Source of the DNA: Chrysomallon squamiferum | Taxonomy: Eukaryota > Animalia > Mollusca | Direction: 5' to 3' | DNA: 64,000 bases | Assembly (NCBI GenBank): GCA_012295275.1 | Contig: CM022670.1 | Location: forward strand, 17,918,001-17,982,000 | Part shown: positions 1-15,071 of the stretch, piece by piece | Layout of the letters: each line of letters starts with the position of its first letter | Numbering within the stretch: the stretch's first letter is position 1 | Program-made: the position numbers and the translations under genes | Notes under the pieces: model-generated | Seen by the model: the letters and a program-made list of their open reading frames with translations, nothing else | Databases searched by the model: none | Told to the model about the DNA's origin: nothing

Positions 1-887
1 ATTAATTAATTTATTGATTTATTGTTTTTGTTGTCGTTAATAATAATAATAATAATAATAAAAGCAACAACAACAACAAAAACAACAACAAGAATAATTC
101 TACTAAAATAATAATTCAGAAGTTCCATTCCATGCCTCTTTTACCTCATTATCCTTTAATCCACAACCACAACATATCATTATCATCAAAATATTTACAT
201 TCCTTTCATCTTTACTCCTCCCCTCTCTCCGCTTAACAAACAAAGCCAGACGGTTCGATTACCGTATCGCTCACAATTAATTAACAGTGGATTATTAAAC
301 AAGTGTTGAATGTTGTCAAACAAATATTTATTTCCTTTCATTACTCCGAGCTCGCTCGCCTTTCTTCGCCGCCGCTGAACGTTCGCAGTAAAACACTTGT
401 CTCGCAAAGAGCATGCGCAGTTATTTCTAACACAAAATCTGCTTTCATTCACGTTCGTTCATAATAGTGCCGCGAATAACGTTAGTTTTCCCAAACAATT
501 ACTTTTATTGACTGAAATAATCTTTAAAGTGGTTGTTTGCCTTTAACAAGTTGTGTATTTATATGATTTTTTTTTCTTATTATCTCTTGTTCCTTATTTT
601 GTTTTTCGATAACTGTTTTGAAAAATAATAATAATAATAATAAGAAGAAGAAAAGAAGAAGAAGAAGAAGAAGACGAAGAAGAAGGAGAGGAAGCATATG
701 AAAATGAAAATATAAGATTATGTTTTTTAATTTCTTCTTCTTCTTTTTAAAATTTTTTTTTTTACCCTTATTTATTCATTTATTCATTCATTCATTCATT
801 CAAATCACTCTTCTGGTATATTTTCCTTGGAAGGTGAATTTTTAGTTTTTAATTTTTAAAATTTTATTTCTAATTGTTTTAATTTTA

Positions 888-918
<31 letters not shown>

Positions 919-1242
919 ATTTATTTATTATTATTATTATTATTTTAAAATTAATTTATACTACATTTTAATGTATTTCAAATCCGGCCGTCAATTTGTC
1001 CTTCAGCATCAAAATCACATCAGTCATATTTCACAGGTTATCTGTATTATTTACTGCTTTTCCCCCAATTATTAATGAATAACACTATCGTTTTCCATCA
1101 CATTTCTCACAAATTGATGCAGTTTTCCGCGATGTGTAACAGCTGTTTCCGAGCGTCCATACGTATACATGTAACTGAAACTACATTTGTTCTGTTACCT
1201 ACCTTGCTGTCCGTCAGGTGTCGCTGCAAACACTGTTCTTAC

Positions 1243-1279
1243 CAGTCTTTATTAATTCAAACAGTTCACTTCCGGACAT
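1243..1279 (-). CDS. Candidate first coding exon of a divergent (head-to-head) gene, MSGSELFELIKT(G)
   Basis: On the minus strand, GCAAACA-ATG (A at -3) is followed by 12 codons plus 1 nt and then donor CTG|GTAAGA at 1242. A second donor AAG|GTAGGT lies at 1202. No downstream exon was found in the window. Confidence 0.35.
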
Positions 1280-1925
1280 TGTTTGCACAGTTTTATACCA
1301 AATGTCGCGGTAATATTATACGCTGCGGTTGTTTTCCAATCCGCATCACACGGGGGAGGGGGGGGGGTATAATAAAAAAAAAAATGATGGAATATTAATC
1401 ATTGTAGAGAGATAAAAATGCATGAGTTATAAAAATGATAATTCAAATGGAAACAGATGGTTTTTAATCAACATTCTGAATAAAAGTTAATTTTCTAAAA
1501 AACAAAACAAAAATTAAAACAAAACAAAACAGAATGAAATGAAGTGCAGTTAAATAAACTAAAATAAAATAATACGAAACAATATAAAATAAAACTAAAT
1601 CAAATCAAATAAGAAAAATAAAATAAATAAATTTATTAAATAAATTACTAATACTGTTACCACCATCACAACAACTACCATGCTACTGCTGCAAGTAACT
1701 ATTATTATTACTGCTACTGCTACTATTTTACTACTACTACTAGTACTGCTACTACTACTAATAATAAATTAAAAATTAAAATTATTATTATTAATAACTT
1801 ACTAAAAATTAAAAATTAAAAAATTAAAAATTAAAAATATTATTATTGTTATTATTATTTTAACGACTTGGGAAGCATTTATAATCCATATATATATAAA
1901 ATAAAAATAAATATAAAAATAATAA

Positions 1926-1956
<31 letters not shown>

Positions 1957-2349
1957 AATATAAGGAAATAATATACACAAGATAAAAAAAAAAATAATAA
2001 TACATAAAAAAAAGAATGAATAATAAATTACTACATAACAACAATAATATATAATAATCAGTCTAATAAGTAAAACAATAGCAACAACAATAATAAATAT
2101 AATAATGAAATATGCAATAGTTTTTTTTTTGTTTATTATTAATATTATTTATTTATTTATTTATTTATTCATTTATTAATTATAATTATTTATTTTTATA
2201 AAAGATAAAAAAAAAAAAAAAAAAACGAAAAGAGGAGAAAACGTACAAAAAAACTTATTGCTTTATTTGCATGCGTGTAATAATCAACATGACAGTTTAT
2301 TAAGCTCGTACAAACGAGCATTATTCTTTTACAAGCGCTAACAGGTCTG

Positions 2350-2688
2350 AGGATGTTTACACTCCATTGTTTATTTTACCGCCTCGTCGTCCGTCCGTTC
2401 AAAACCATTAACGAGCTGACACCCCTGTGGCGAACAGTGGACCAGCCCGACAAAAGGTAAGAGGACAGCTTTGCGACCACCACCATTCGAAGCATTTGTG
2501 AAATCTGTAACTGGTTGGATTTCGTTGATCGCAGAATAAAACGGACAGAAGTGATTAACAGCGGTTAAGGAAGAGTGGAAGTTTGGAACTCTTGCCTTTG
2601 GAGGATTTACTGATTAAGAAAACAGAGTCGAATAACAGTGACATTATTAATTGACTGACTGATAGATTTTTTTTAGCGAAAATTACAG
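2350..2688 (+). other. Cirl: Probable non-coding 5'UTR exon 1 of the latrophilin gene (start approximate)
   Basis: A CpG-rich block ends in the strong donor CAG|GTAAGA at 2689, with an alternative AAG|GTAAGA at 2457. CpG depletion starts just downstream, and the start-codon exon at 39000 has an acceptor that needs an upstream donor. Confidence 0.55.
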
Positions 2689-5600
2689 GTAAGAGTTTTG
2701 ATCTTGTCAAAGTGGACCGGAAACTCTTGTAAACTTGTTACACAATATTGTAAACAAAACTTTTTTGAATGTTTTTTATTTTTTATTTATTTATTATTTT
2801 TAAATATATTATTATTATTATTATTATTATTTCAGCAGTTGAATTATATTTGATTTGTAACATCAAAGTAATATGAAGTTTGACATTGTTGTAAGAATAA
2901 ATACTGAATCGAAACATAAAAAAAAAAAAAAAACTCACCCCAAAACCCAACAAAACTATATAAATAAATAATTTTTTTTACCGAAGAGTGAAAAATAACT
3001 ATTTTGAAACAGAACAGCCAGTTCAATAGTTAATAATATATATTAAAAAAAATATTTCCAATTTGCCACATTGTCAGTTTTTATTTATTTAAGAATTTAA
3101 CTAGTGTATGTTATAGTTTTTATCATTATTATAATTACTGTTATTAAATTATTAAAAAAAAAAAAAAAAAAAAACCCATAATAATAATATTAATAATAAT
3201 AAGAAGAATATTTATAATAATTATTAGGATTACAGGTGTGTGTGTGTGTGTGTGTGTGTTCTTTAACTGGGATGGGCCTTGTTATACAACAGTAAAAATA
3301 AAACAGTATTATAATGATATATAAATAATATTATGCAGTCATAAACACACATTCTAATATTAGGACCCAATACATTCTTCACATAACTGTCTAATACAGG
3401 TTGTAAAAATACTTTGTACTCTGTTGTATATTCTTCTGTGGGGAAAATCTGTAGTGTCAGAACTTAGGTCAGGTTGATTGACAAAAACATGTACAAACAT
3501 TTAGTTACTGAAGTTAATGTATATTTTAAGTATGTTAGTTATTTATGATTCAACTCAGCAAGCTTGTTTTGTTATGGTAAAAAATGAATATTATATAGTG
3601 GGTGGTTACATATTCCTTTTTAACTGTTGGTTTGTTGGTTCTTTCTACAAAAAGCTGTTATTGCAACTGGAATTTAAGAAAAGTTTAAAAAATAAAAATA
3701 CTACTTGAAATAAAATAATTAAAGGAGAAATATAAAATTAATTTTTTTTATCATTATTTTTTATTTTTATAAAGTAAATCAACATGTTTTTAAAACTATA
3801 TGTCAAACTTGATTTCTATAAAATAGTGATGATATAACAAAATTAAAAAAAAAAAAAAAAAAAAAAAATATTCTTTTTATTGATTAGAACAAAAGAATGT
3901 TTTTCCCATAAACAGGAAAATAAATAAATAGAGTACTGAAAGGAATGGTAAATAGCCCCAGTAAACATGGTGTTAGTTCATATTGTAAAATATCACTGTG
4001 TTGATGTTTCTGTCAAACTGATAAAATATTTAAATATTTAAATAACAATATTATTGCATTGTTTTGTTATAATTGGGGGGGGTAACAACATTTTTTATAG
4101 GAAGTTTTCTTCTTTTTTTTTTTACCTAATAAGCTATAAATATACCACAGAGCTATTTCAGAGTGATTTTGAAAATGTCATGGCTGAATCAGAACACAGA
4201 TATGAATAGATTATTTTCCTGTTCACTGAACCAGTAATTTTATCCAAGAATTTTACTTCTTACCTTCATATTACTACAGATATGATTATATTCAAAAAAG
4301 TTATATTAATACAGTATGTCTCAAAATATCCACTGATATTATTTAATAATAATAATAATAATTTAATAATAATAATAATAATAAAAACAATTTTAAGAAG
4401 TGGCATTTATTAATAAATGTTTTAAAATATTATATTTATTATTTTACTTATATCTGTGTTAGTTTTATAATGGTAGAGTCTAATGTATTCATCCATTACT
4501 GATAAGAGTAGCCTATAAAAATATCCTGGGGAAATTTGAAAATGTTGAATCAGATACTGTTATAAATAGAGTAGTAGTATTACCAGTGTGTTTAGTAATT
4601 ATTGTTCTTAGTACATCAGTACCTATTCTGTTACAAAGGCTTTAGCTAATGTACTGTAAATAATTATATCCTAGGGGAAAGGTCAAACCAGAAACTTTAA
4701 AATAGTAAATATTTATTAATCTTAGTTATAACATATTTTTTGTTTAACACTTCAATAATTCTACAGTATACATAAATGAAATTTGAAAAGATAAAATCAT
4801 TATCATATTTATAACATGTTTAGTATTGTGTTTATTCACTACTTCTCTACCAGCATGTAAAATACTTTATTTACATACTAGATAAATATGAAAATGTGAA
4901 ATCAAAGAATGTGATAATATGTACATATTAAAGACATTTAATAGATTCAGTACATATACATTTTGAAATAGGCTGAAATTGCTGAATTTACATTAGGGAA
5001 ATTTTAAGAGGTAAAATTATAAATATGTTATTTATATCAAAATAAGGTTTGTTTTATTTCACAAACAAGGAATATTACTGTTAGCACACTAAATGTTCCG
5101 TGAGTAAATACTTAATACACAGGGAATTGTTAAAATATAAAATTGATGAATTAAATATGATAATAAGAATATTACTTATTTATCAAGTATTAATTACTAT
5201 CTGTACCTGTTGTATATATTTTTATTGTAAATCTGCTGACCAACTGTTTTATTGTTATACAAAAAAAAAAAAAAAAAAAAAATCCCATGAGTCAGTTTTT
5301 CACTGGGGGAATTTATTTCATATATTATTGAAGAAATAAGAAAAACATCAAATCAGATGTGTTAATAACCATAGTGCTTATTAACAATGTGTTTAGTAGC
5401 ATTTGTGCCCGCTACAAGATTTTATTGTACTCTGGCAGTAAGCTGGATTGCTGTTACCACTATAAATATCGCTGGGGATGATTACACTGGGGGAATTTCA
5501 ATCTGTCAGGTCTTGGTCAAACCCATTGATAAGCAGTTGTTAAAAAGAGTCGTGACCCTGTTTGGCTTTTGTAAATGTCAGCACGCTGGATTCAGCTGGT

Positions 5601-5988
5601 TAATAATGGAAGGTACAATAATGTGTATGGATACAGTTGTAGATGTGTGTCTGTGCTGTTGTGTGAGAGGTGCTGCTTCTTTCATAACTGTGAGATATCT
5701 AGATGTATGTTGGCGTATATATTACATACATTTGCATGCATTGACACTCGTATTTTCTGTTTGTAATTCTGTTTGTGTTTCTCAGAGTTTAATTGTATTA
5801 TACCATCTCTAGGTTTTTGTATTAATAAGTTCACTATCACAGGTTTTGTCAAGGGCCATGGTATGTGTTTTCCTGTACATGGAAGTAAAACAATCCATTG
5901 TTGCAGTTTTATAAGAGAAACCCCTGATGTCATCTAGCTTTTTCATTTCTCATCATTACATAACATGTAACTACCAACACTGAAATGA

Positions 5989-6025
<37 letters not shown>

Positions 6026-9000
6026 TATATACACACACTTACATATATATATAAAACCATTTATTTCTCATCTACCTGTCCGTTATCTATGAAAATACCT
6101 AAGTACATCTTTCTTTTTTGTCTCTGTTTCTCTTTCATTCTTTCTTGGAAAGTATATTATCTTTGTATTTCTCACTTGCTCATATGCGATACATATATGA
6201 GATGCATTCTCCTGTCAAACATAATTATACAAAAACACTGCATATAACAAACATCTGTTAAAGCTTCATAAGATACATGATTTATCCTATACCTCACACA
6301 AACAAACACATAAACACTATCATATACATACAAAATAATTAGTGTTTATTTTTTATTTTTTATTTTTTTTATGACTGTTATTAGTATTTATGTGCATATA
6401 GACATTCTGCATTTCAGTGCATTTGGATTATTTTGTAAATGTATAATTTCCTCTTTTTGTACTCCTTTTTTTTCATTGTTTTTGTATTTTTTTGCTTTCT
6501 TTCTTTCTGTCACTTCTTTTTTTGCCTTTATTTCATTTATTCTGTTGTGTGTGAAAACTAATTTAAATGTTAAATTTCTGGTACTAAAAACAGAAGCTGT
6601 AAATTTAAGACATGCAGACATAAAAATAGTTTTTTCAGTTTTTAAATCCATTAAACTGGGTCAGTCAGTTTAATTTTATATCCTTTTCACAGTCTTCTCC
6701 TATTTGGGTGTAAAGTCATTAATTCTTGTAATGTCTGTTCTTGGTGTCCATCTACTGAACTGTGAAATGCGTACATGAGGAAATACAGTACATTCATTCT
6801 AACTTTTTCTGTTAATTTATTTTTTCCTTATTTTATCTGCATTTGGAAATTCATGTCATCTTAAACTTTCTATCTATACCATTGATGTTCTCTCCTTGTT
6901 AAAAAATTGTGGATCTTCCATTGCTGAATTTGATCACATAAAAGAAGCTGATGTCACTCAATGCAATTTCCTGGATCTGTTGCTGATTTTAGATTCAAAA
7001 CACATTCATATCTGCACCTCCCATATCTAAGTGGCTCCAGAATTAACCCAAATTGATGTATTAATATGGATTAGTAATGTCTGACATTTAAAAAAAAAAA
7101 ATAATTATAATTATTAAATTAAATAGTTTTTTTTTTTTTTTTTTCAAGGCAAAGGATATTTCTAAAAATAAGTTACTGAGTATATTTTGTCTTTAATAAA
7201 ATTACACACATACATATATGTGTGTGTATATGTATGTGTATATATATATATACACACATACACATTCCTTTATTAGCAAACTGATACCATGTGATAGAGT
7301 GTTGAACGCTGATATACTACACTGTTTTATAATTAGCTAATAAAGTTTCCAGACAACAGTTCTAAATTGATTTAGCTGTATCAGTTTACTGTGGACACTC
7401 ATCCCTAACAAAGATAGAGGGAGCCAGCCTCTGCTCTTAAACTTAATGGAATTACTTTTGTAAAATGATTATCTTTCTTTATCTATGTCCAGAACACCAG
7501 CCAAAGATTATTTTAATCGAAGAGGTTGCATAATCAACTTCATTATATTGTGTGCTATCTTACAGGCAAGTGTGCAGCATTGAGCCATACAGCTAGGCTG
7601 TCAGCACCCTCATTAAAACTGAAATGTACTGGAAGCTTCCCCTTTTATGTCTACTGATACCATTGTTGCATGTGTAGTAAAATTGTTTAACACATTATTG
7701 CATTGTAGCATCACTTTGACATTTGATCCTTATACTTGAGTGTCGTTTTTTTTTTCTTTATTTTTTTTCTTTGTAAAATGTTCTATGAAATAATAACACA
7801 GTGGATTCTCTCTCATTTTGTACAGTCCTTTATCATGTCAACCACATAACTATTTTTTTTTCTTCTTTTCAAATGTCATTTGCTGAGAAGCCATTTGTAG
7901 CTCCAGGGATGAAAATTATAACTTCTACAAGCTCTGGTCTTTTTATCACAGTAACTTTCATTCTTAATTTAAATATCAAAAACTTACAAACTTTGTGAGA
8001 ATTTAAGTTTAAAAATGGCTTTTGCTTAATATGTATTAAAACCTGCAGCATTTGGAATTACCATTATTCATCTGTGTACTAACTTCACACGCACACACAC
8101 ACAAAAAAGAGAAATAAATGTTTGAGACACTTCATATGTTTGTCTATGGTAAAGTAAACCATTTAACCACTTCGGCTTCTTACTGTGTGACCTAGACACT
8201 AATCCGGAGTCTTACTATGATATGATAAACAAACACATTACATAACAACACAATCCCCACTTAAACTGCTCTGCTGTTATCATACTCACGATGTTTTAAA
8301 AGATTACTTTACTTAACATTGTGAAATGAGTTTCTTGTTTTATTTAAATTGTTTGTATAGTCTGTGTATTTAAATAAGTCTGATGTATATAAATGCATTA
8401 GTTGGAATGATTGCTTTTGAGAATTAATTTTTTTTTTTTAAATGTCTGTGCATGTGTTCTGAAATGTAATTTTATGTGTAGACAGTTTTATTGAATGTTT
8501 ATTTTGAAAAAGTTAATTTATAGATCTTGCTAAGTGCACCCTAATTTGTTTTGTTTTTTTGTTTTTTTCCATTTTACTCTGAAACTCATTTCATTGTGAG
8601 CATTAATTTCACTGGTTTAATAAACAGTTTCTTTGTCAAATCCAGAATATGGTATACATTAAAAAAAATTAGTACTTCAGAAATAACTAATTCAAATTTG
8701 TACACTCTAAAATGTCTTTCATTAATTAGGTGGTCATTATTACAAGATCACTGTATAGCATATATGTAAATTTTTGAACAAATTTGTGTAAAAGGTTTAT
8801 TTTAAACCATTTAGTATTTAGAGAAACCATTTTAAGTATTAAGAACTATTTAATAAAAGTGATTTTTATTTCTTTAAATGCTGATATTAAGAGATTTATT
8901 TTTGTAAACAAGTGCAGTGAAAGGTTTAAATTCTGATCAGACAGTACTTAAGTAATAAACAGATTCAGCTGTGTTTTTAAATAATAAACAAAATACATTT

Positions 9001-10975
9001 TAAAATCAATTTCTGCTGAAAGCAGTTGTAATTAAAAAATGCTTTTATTGAAACATTTGGATACTATTTTGAATTGATTCATAATAGATTCAAACCATTT
9101 AGTATAATTAATACTGCTGTTGGTTGGGGGTTTTCTTCTTTTTTGTTGTTGTTTTGTTTTTGTTTTTTTTTGAAAGGATTTACCAATCTTTGGATGTCAA
9201 TTACAAAAGTGTCCTGCATGTTCAGAAGGTCTACAAAAACACAATCTGTACCAGAGTAATTAGATTTAAGACATAATTTATTATGTAAATAAAAAGATTA
9301 TTTTAATTATTGAATGTTTACAGATGTAATCTAATTTGTTCAGCTGTTAAAACAGTTACAAATGGTTGTTTTGTAAAGAGCTGTTTATGATGTAATTATT
9401 TTTAAATGTCAGTGATGTAATCAGGATTTAAAATTATTCATTAAACCTTTTTTTTTTGTTATTAAATATCATTGTGTGTCCACTTGACTGTATTTATTGT
9501 ATTTATATTGTTGTATTCAGTATGCTTGTAACATATTTTCAAACTTATTAATAAATAATGAAATAGATTAAAGTTATAATGATACAGTATTGAACTTTAA
9601 ACTCATATTTTCAGTTTCTGACAAAGTTAATTTTCCAGTGCATTAAAATTTTGTTTGGATTGGAGGAAACACACTTGTTTAACAAATGAAGCAGTCAGCG
9701 TCTCCCATACAAACCAGCAAGTGACCACATGCTTTGAATACAAGAAAGACTTGTTTGTTCAATACAGGTTCTTTTAACTGCGTAAATGGGAATGCCAAAA
9801 CATCCTAAAGCTATCTGTTAAGAAAATATTCTTTTTCTTTCTTTTTTCTCTTTCCTTCTCTATTTCTGTTTTTTTTTTTCTTTCTTTCTCTATGTCCTGC
9901 TCTTCTTTTTTTTCTATTCTTATTCTGCATTTTCCTCTTCTTTTGTTTTTTTTTCATCTTCTTTTTGTCCATGTATTGTTGTAGCAAAAAGGATGCTTGT
10001 CTTTTGTGTGGGAAATCTAATAAACTGTATTAAAAAATAGTCATGGGCAGAGAAAATTGGATCCACATTCTCTAGATGTGTTACTGTGACGAACTGGGGT
10101 GAAAAAAAATAATAGCTTCCACTGGGGAATCCGTAATGAATCTGATTCTGTTTGTTGGAAACAAGACCAAAGAGAATTATAATAAAAATAAAAAATCAAT
10201 GAAGTTGTCTTGTAAGAAAGAATACAAGACAAACTATTTTGAAAAAAAAAACAATAAATAAAAAATAAAAATTCTGATTATTTTTATAATTATTTTATAA
10301 TAAGATTTTTATGTGTATAAGTGATTTATTTTTTCTTTACATGATAACTCCACAAGAAAAAGCATATTGTGTAAGAATATTATTTTATTAGTAGTATAAA
10401 TTTGGTAGATATAGCAGTGATTGTAAAATGATAATAGTACTGGGAGCAGTAACTGATGGAGATGTTACAGTAATAGTTGGAGTAGTAGAAATAATAATAC
10501 ATGTAATAGTAATTAGTAGTAGTTTGATCAAGTTGCTAATTTTCTGTTGATGAAAAATGCTTTAAAACTGAAATTACATAATTTTCCTTAAAATATAATT
10601 TTCATAAGAAGAATGATACACAGTTAAAAGAAATTGAAATATAAAAATTTGAACTGGTATACATTACAAGGGCAAGTATAGGAGAGGCACTATCATTCTA
10701 ACAAATATAATTACAAAGAGAAACCAAATAAAAAAAGTTGAAGAAGAAAAAGTAGTGCCACTGGAATATTCAATTCTGTTCTTTCAATCTACATATTGAA
10801 AATATTATTTTATTATATTTTTTCAAGAAATACATAATTTTAAAAACATTCGTTGGCTTTAGCTTGAGGACATTCAATTGTATTCCAAGATAAAATCAAT
10901 ACTCCCATAGTATTCTTTGAAATCTTAACAGAATTTTTTTTTTTTTTTTTTCTTTTTTTCAAAATTTTTAATTTT

Positions 10976-11010
<35 letters not shown>

Positions 11011-14000
11011 GAGAATGTTTAATTAATTGGAAGAAAAATGAATCCAGCAGATCTGAAAATATAAAAAAAGAGAAAATGAATAAAATATAAAAATAAACAT
11101 TTTGATGATGGTGAAAAATACTACATTTATAGTAATTTGGAATTTTGAGATATCAACAACACAAATTAATTAATATTAAATAATATAAATAATGTTTATC
11201 TCAGTTAAATTGACATAAATATGACATAGATCAATTAGTTAAACAGTAAAAATATCTATTAATTTTTTTTTTTTAATATTTCAATTAAATATCTATTCTT
11301 ATGATATATGACTTTATCTTAAAAAATTCTTTACATATAAAATTTTTAAATAAATTCATATCATATATGACATCTCAAAAATATTTAACTTGTGGAGTAT
11401 TAAATTATATCACATTTCTGGTTAACTATTCTCAATACTAAATACCATAGTATCTTTGAAAATATTCTATTTTGAGAATATTAACTTAAAATATTTAAAT
11501 GAAATTGATAGATAGAGAAGAATATTCAAGCAGTTAATTATCAATTATTAAATATTAATGAGTTTTTAACTGTGACACTGATTTGTTAATTATTTTGATT
11601 ATCAAGTATAATAATAGCTTTTAAACTATTTTACATTTGGGAATATTAATTTAAAATCTATAAATGAGATTAACTGATTAGATTACAGAAGTAATCAAAT
11701 GGTAATAGCTATATCCAGATTCTGCTGTTGCCTGGGGCTAAAGTGAAAACTTTTTTTCTTTCTCTTAAAATTTATTCCCCTGTTTTTATTTATTTTGAAG
11801 TGGAAATTTTTTCTTGTTATATGCATTTTAGAGTTGGTGATAGTGACTATATTGTGGTTGGGTTTTTTCTTATCTTACATAGCATAATTCTTGCCATTAC
11901 CATTATGTTAATTGTGGTGATGTCATATCACTTTAAAGTTTTATCAGTATTATCTTTAAAAAATATTTTATACAACACTTTTAATGTCACTTGACATTTT
12001 GCCTATAATTTCTTCTTCTTCTTCTTATTTTTTTTTTTACCAGTTTAAATTCAGTTTAAATAATAAAAAAAAACCCACATACAACTAATATTAAATAATA
12101 ATCATAAAAAATTATGAAACACTAATTTAATATATTGTATTTCTCAAAAAATCATTTGAAAAATACAATACATGTATAATTTGACTTAAACATCAAAGGT
12201 GAAAATATTGATTACATTATTCCAGCAGTTAAATATGACAATTACATCACATTATCTTGTGTATTTCCAAACTTATCTTAACAAGATGACGCCTGGCAGC
12301 CCTCTGCACCACGAAGATTAAATCAGCTGCCATGTCACCTGTGTTACTGGAGCTTTAATTGTCGATATAACGAGCTAACAGGTCCACAGGCTCCTCATTA
12401 TAAGATCCTGTCAGTCTCCTAGCCAGGAGGTCTGTGACCCAGTGTTCCAGGCTAATAAATGAGTCTCTAGATGGTCGTTTGAATTATGCTGATCAACATG
12501 GCTGGCTGAGGACTCTCGTGTTTAGATGGCATATCTGTTTAAATAGTTTTTTTATTACCTTGTTGAGATGAATATCTGTCTGGCTGTCTGTGATTATCTG
12601 AGTTAATCAGCTGATAGTCGTGATGGAAATATAGAACCAGAGATGTGTGTGTGTGTGTGTGTATCAGGCATGCATGATCTGCCATGTTCTGACAGCTGAT
12701 GTTGTTGTTGTTATTATTATTATTATTAGTGTGTGTTGAATATGATTCATCTTCAATCTTTCCCAAACAGAAATCCCCCAACACAAACACACATAAACAC
12801 ACACAGACACACACAGAAATTACAGAGAAACACTCACACAAATTAATTGTACTGTTTTCAAACAGAAATATTTTTTTTTTTACAAATAATAAAATGCTAC
12901 TACTACTATTACTACTAATAATAATGAATATAATAAACTAATACAGAATAAACTTTTGGGAGCAAAACAAAAATGTTTTACATTATGTAAATCCACCACA
13001 AGCAAAAGGTTTTACCAGTTTAGGAATAATGTAATTCTTCTTTATTACTTTTTTTATCAGTTGGTTTACATTACTCATCAGACTCCCACACTACATTGTC
13101 ATATACATATATTACATGGTGCTTATATATGTGTCATGTCCTAACATGTGATATAACTGGCTAACAATAATGGAGTCACTCGGTCATACCAACATAACCT
13201 TTTATAATAAAAAAAAAAATAATATTAAAAATTAAATGTTGAAGTTTGTTTTTGGTCTGATTCACATTTGTAGACAGTCTAATAATAATAATAATAATAA
13301 TAATAAATATATTTTATTTAATAGTCATTTTAAAGTAATTTGAGACTAAAAAAGCTGAGGTTTTATTAATGAAAATGCACTAAACCTAACAACTTAACCA
13401 TTAAACTGAAGAGAAAGCTAAATGCAGACACAGAGAGAAGAAAACAAACACAAAAAACCCATATCTGAGTGAATACATGGATGTATTAATATTATCGTGG
13501 CTGTTAACCAGTTAACAGTTGTTTGTTGTAGATGAAATTATCTGATAGTTCTCATTGCCAGACAGCTGTTGACACAAGAAACAAAACCACAGCACAATCA
13601 ATACTAGAAATCACAAATATTATAAATTATTATGTATATTGTAAAATATAACAAAGTCAGTATAATCTACTGTTTGTAAAGTCAGTATTCTCTCTCTCTC
13701 CCCTGTTTATGTCTAAATACACCTAAAAAAATGTTTTACATTAGGTCACTGTACCGTCATTATATTAGTTTAGTTCAGGTGTAATATTCAATAATTATTG
13801 ATCATATATTAAGTAATATCAGTATATATATATATCAGTGTGTTATTAAACAGTTATTCCTCTCCTCACTGACAGCTAAACAAGCTGTCTAATAATTAAT
13901 ATAATCAGCTTGCAGTCCACACAGAAAGACACTCAGTGTTTTTCAAGTGTTGAGTCAATCTTGAACGAAGACCACTATTATTGGTTTCAAGAGATCCTGA

Positions 14001-15071
14001 TAGAAATCCTCTCATACTCGGGGATTTTGTCGTCCTGTGTGATGGATAGCTGACGGTTGCTCGGAGAAGGCTCCTGGTTGCTAAGTCTTTGCCAGAACAG
14101 AGGTTTTAATGAAATGGTTTTGTCATGTTGGAGACTTATTATGCAGGCTTGCTGTGTCACTATGATGGTCATCTGTTTCCACATTGTATTAAAAAAAAAA
14201 AGGGAAAAAACAATAAGAAAGAAAATAAGGAATAGGAATTGGAATTTCCTTATAGTGTTGAGAACATAGGCCAGAAATTCATTATTTTCCAGATCCCAAA
14301 GGAATAACGTAATATTATAGATTTTTTTTGGTTTGTTTGTTTAGAGAGCTCTTTTTTTGTTTATATTTATCAATTTATTTATTATTATTATTACTTATTT
14401 TGTTGCTCCAGCATTGAAATTAAAAAGAATAAAATTAAATGATGTAATATAATTAACACAAACACACACAGACACACACACACACATTTTTTATGCCATA
14501 ATATAAACATATTTGTATATAAACAAATGTGTATAATGCTAGACATATAGAAATACAACAAATGTTGGAATAAAATAAAGTCTTTTGAAACATGGACGTG
14601 CATTCACACACAAGAAAACATTTACCTATTGTAATATTTTTACCTGTTATTTAACACTGTTTCATGCATCAGCTTATTTTAAGCAAAAAAGAATAAAGAT
14701 GTGAAATAAAATATTGATAAAAATATTTATATCACTGACTAACTCCATGCAAGTGTTATTTGATAGCAAATCAATAGGATTGTGTTATTAATAAAAATAT
14801 TAATTCTTGACTAAAACTTGTTTCATTGAAGCTAATTTTAACTGAATATATTAATTAATTTTGAATGTACATGTATAAGGGAGATTGTTCTGGAAATAAG
14901 GATATTTTAATGTTTTAATTAAAAAAATAATAATAATAATTACAGCTATAATATATAAAATTATTCCTCTGTATTTTCAAAATTAATGTAATAATTTTTG
15001 TATTTATCCTGTAAATATACTGATACAGGTGTGAATTTTGCCCCCAACATTTTTCTAAATAAAGAGGAATA

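Larger units (their letters stand above)
225..2750. promoter_or_regulatory. CpG-retaining promoter region, possibly bidirectional (blocks at about 230-500, 980-1350, 2260-2750)
   Basis: CpG is visibly frequent here and scarce downstream. ETS-like CACTTCCGG at about 1267-1275 and ACCGGAAA at about 2716; NRF1-like GCATGCGCA at about 410-419. Splice donors point outward on both strands. Confidence 0.6.

Noticed and set aside
195-452. Minus-strand 85-aa ORF as exon 2 of the divergent gene
   Set aside because: The nearest acceptor (TTTCAG at 514-512) in phase 1 hits TGA after 16 codons. The region looks regulatory.
5387-5812. 141-aa ORF in intron 1
   Set aside because: No recognisable domain or coherent splice sites; the composition fits TG-rich non-coding DNA.
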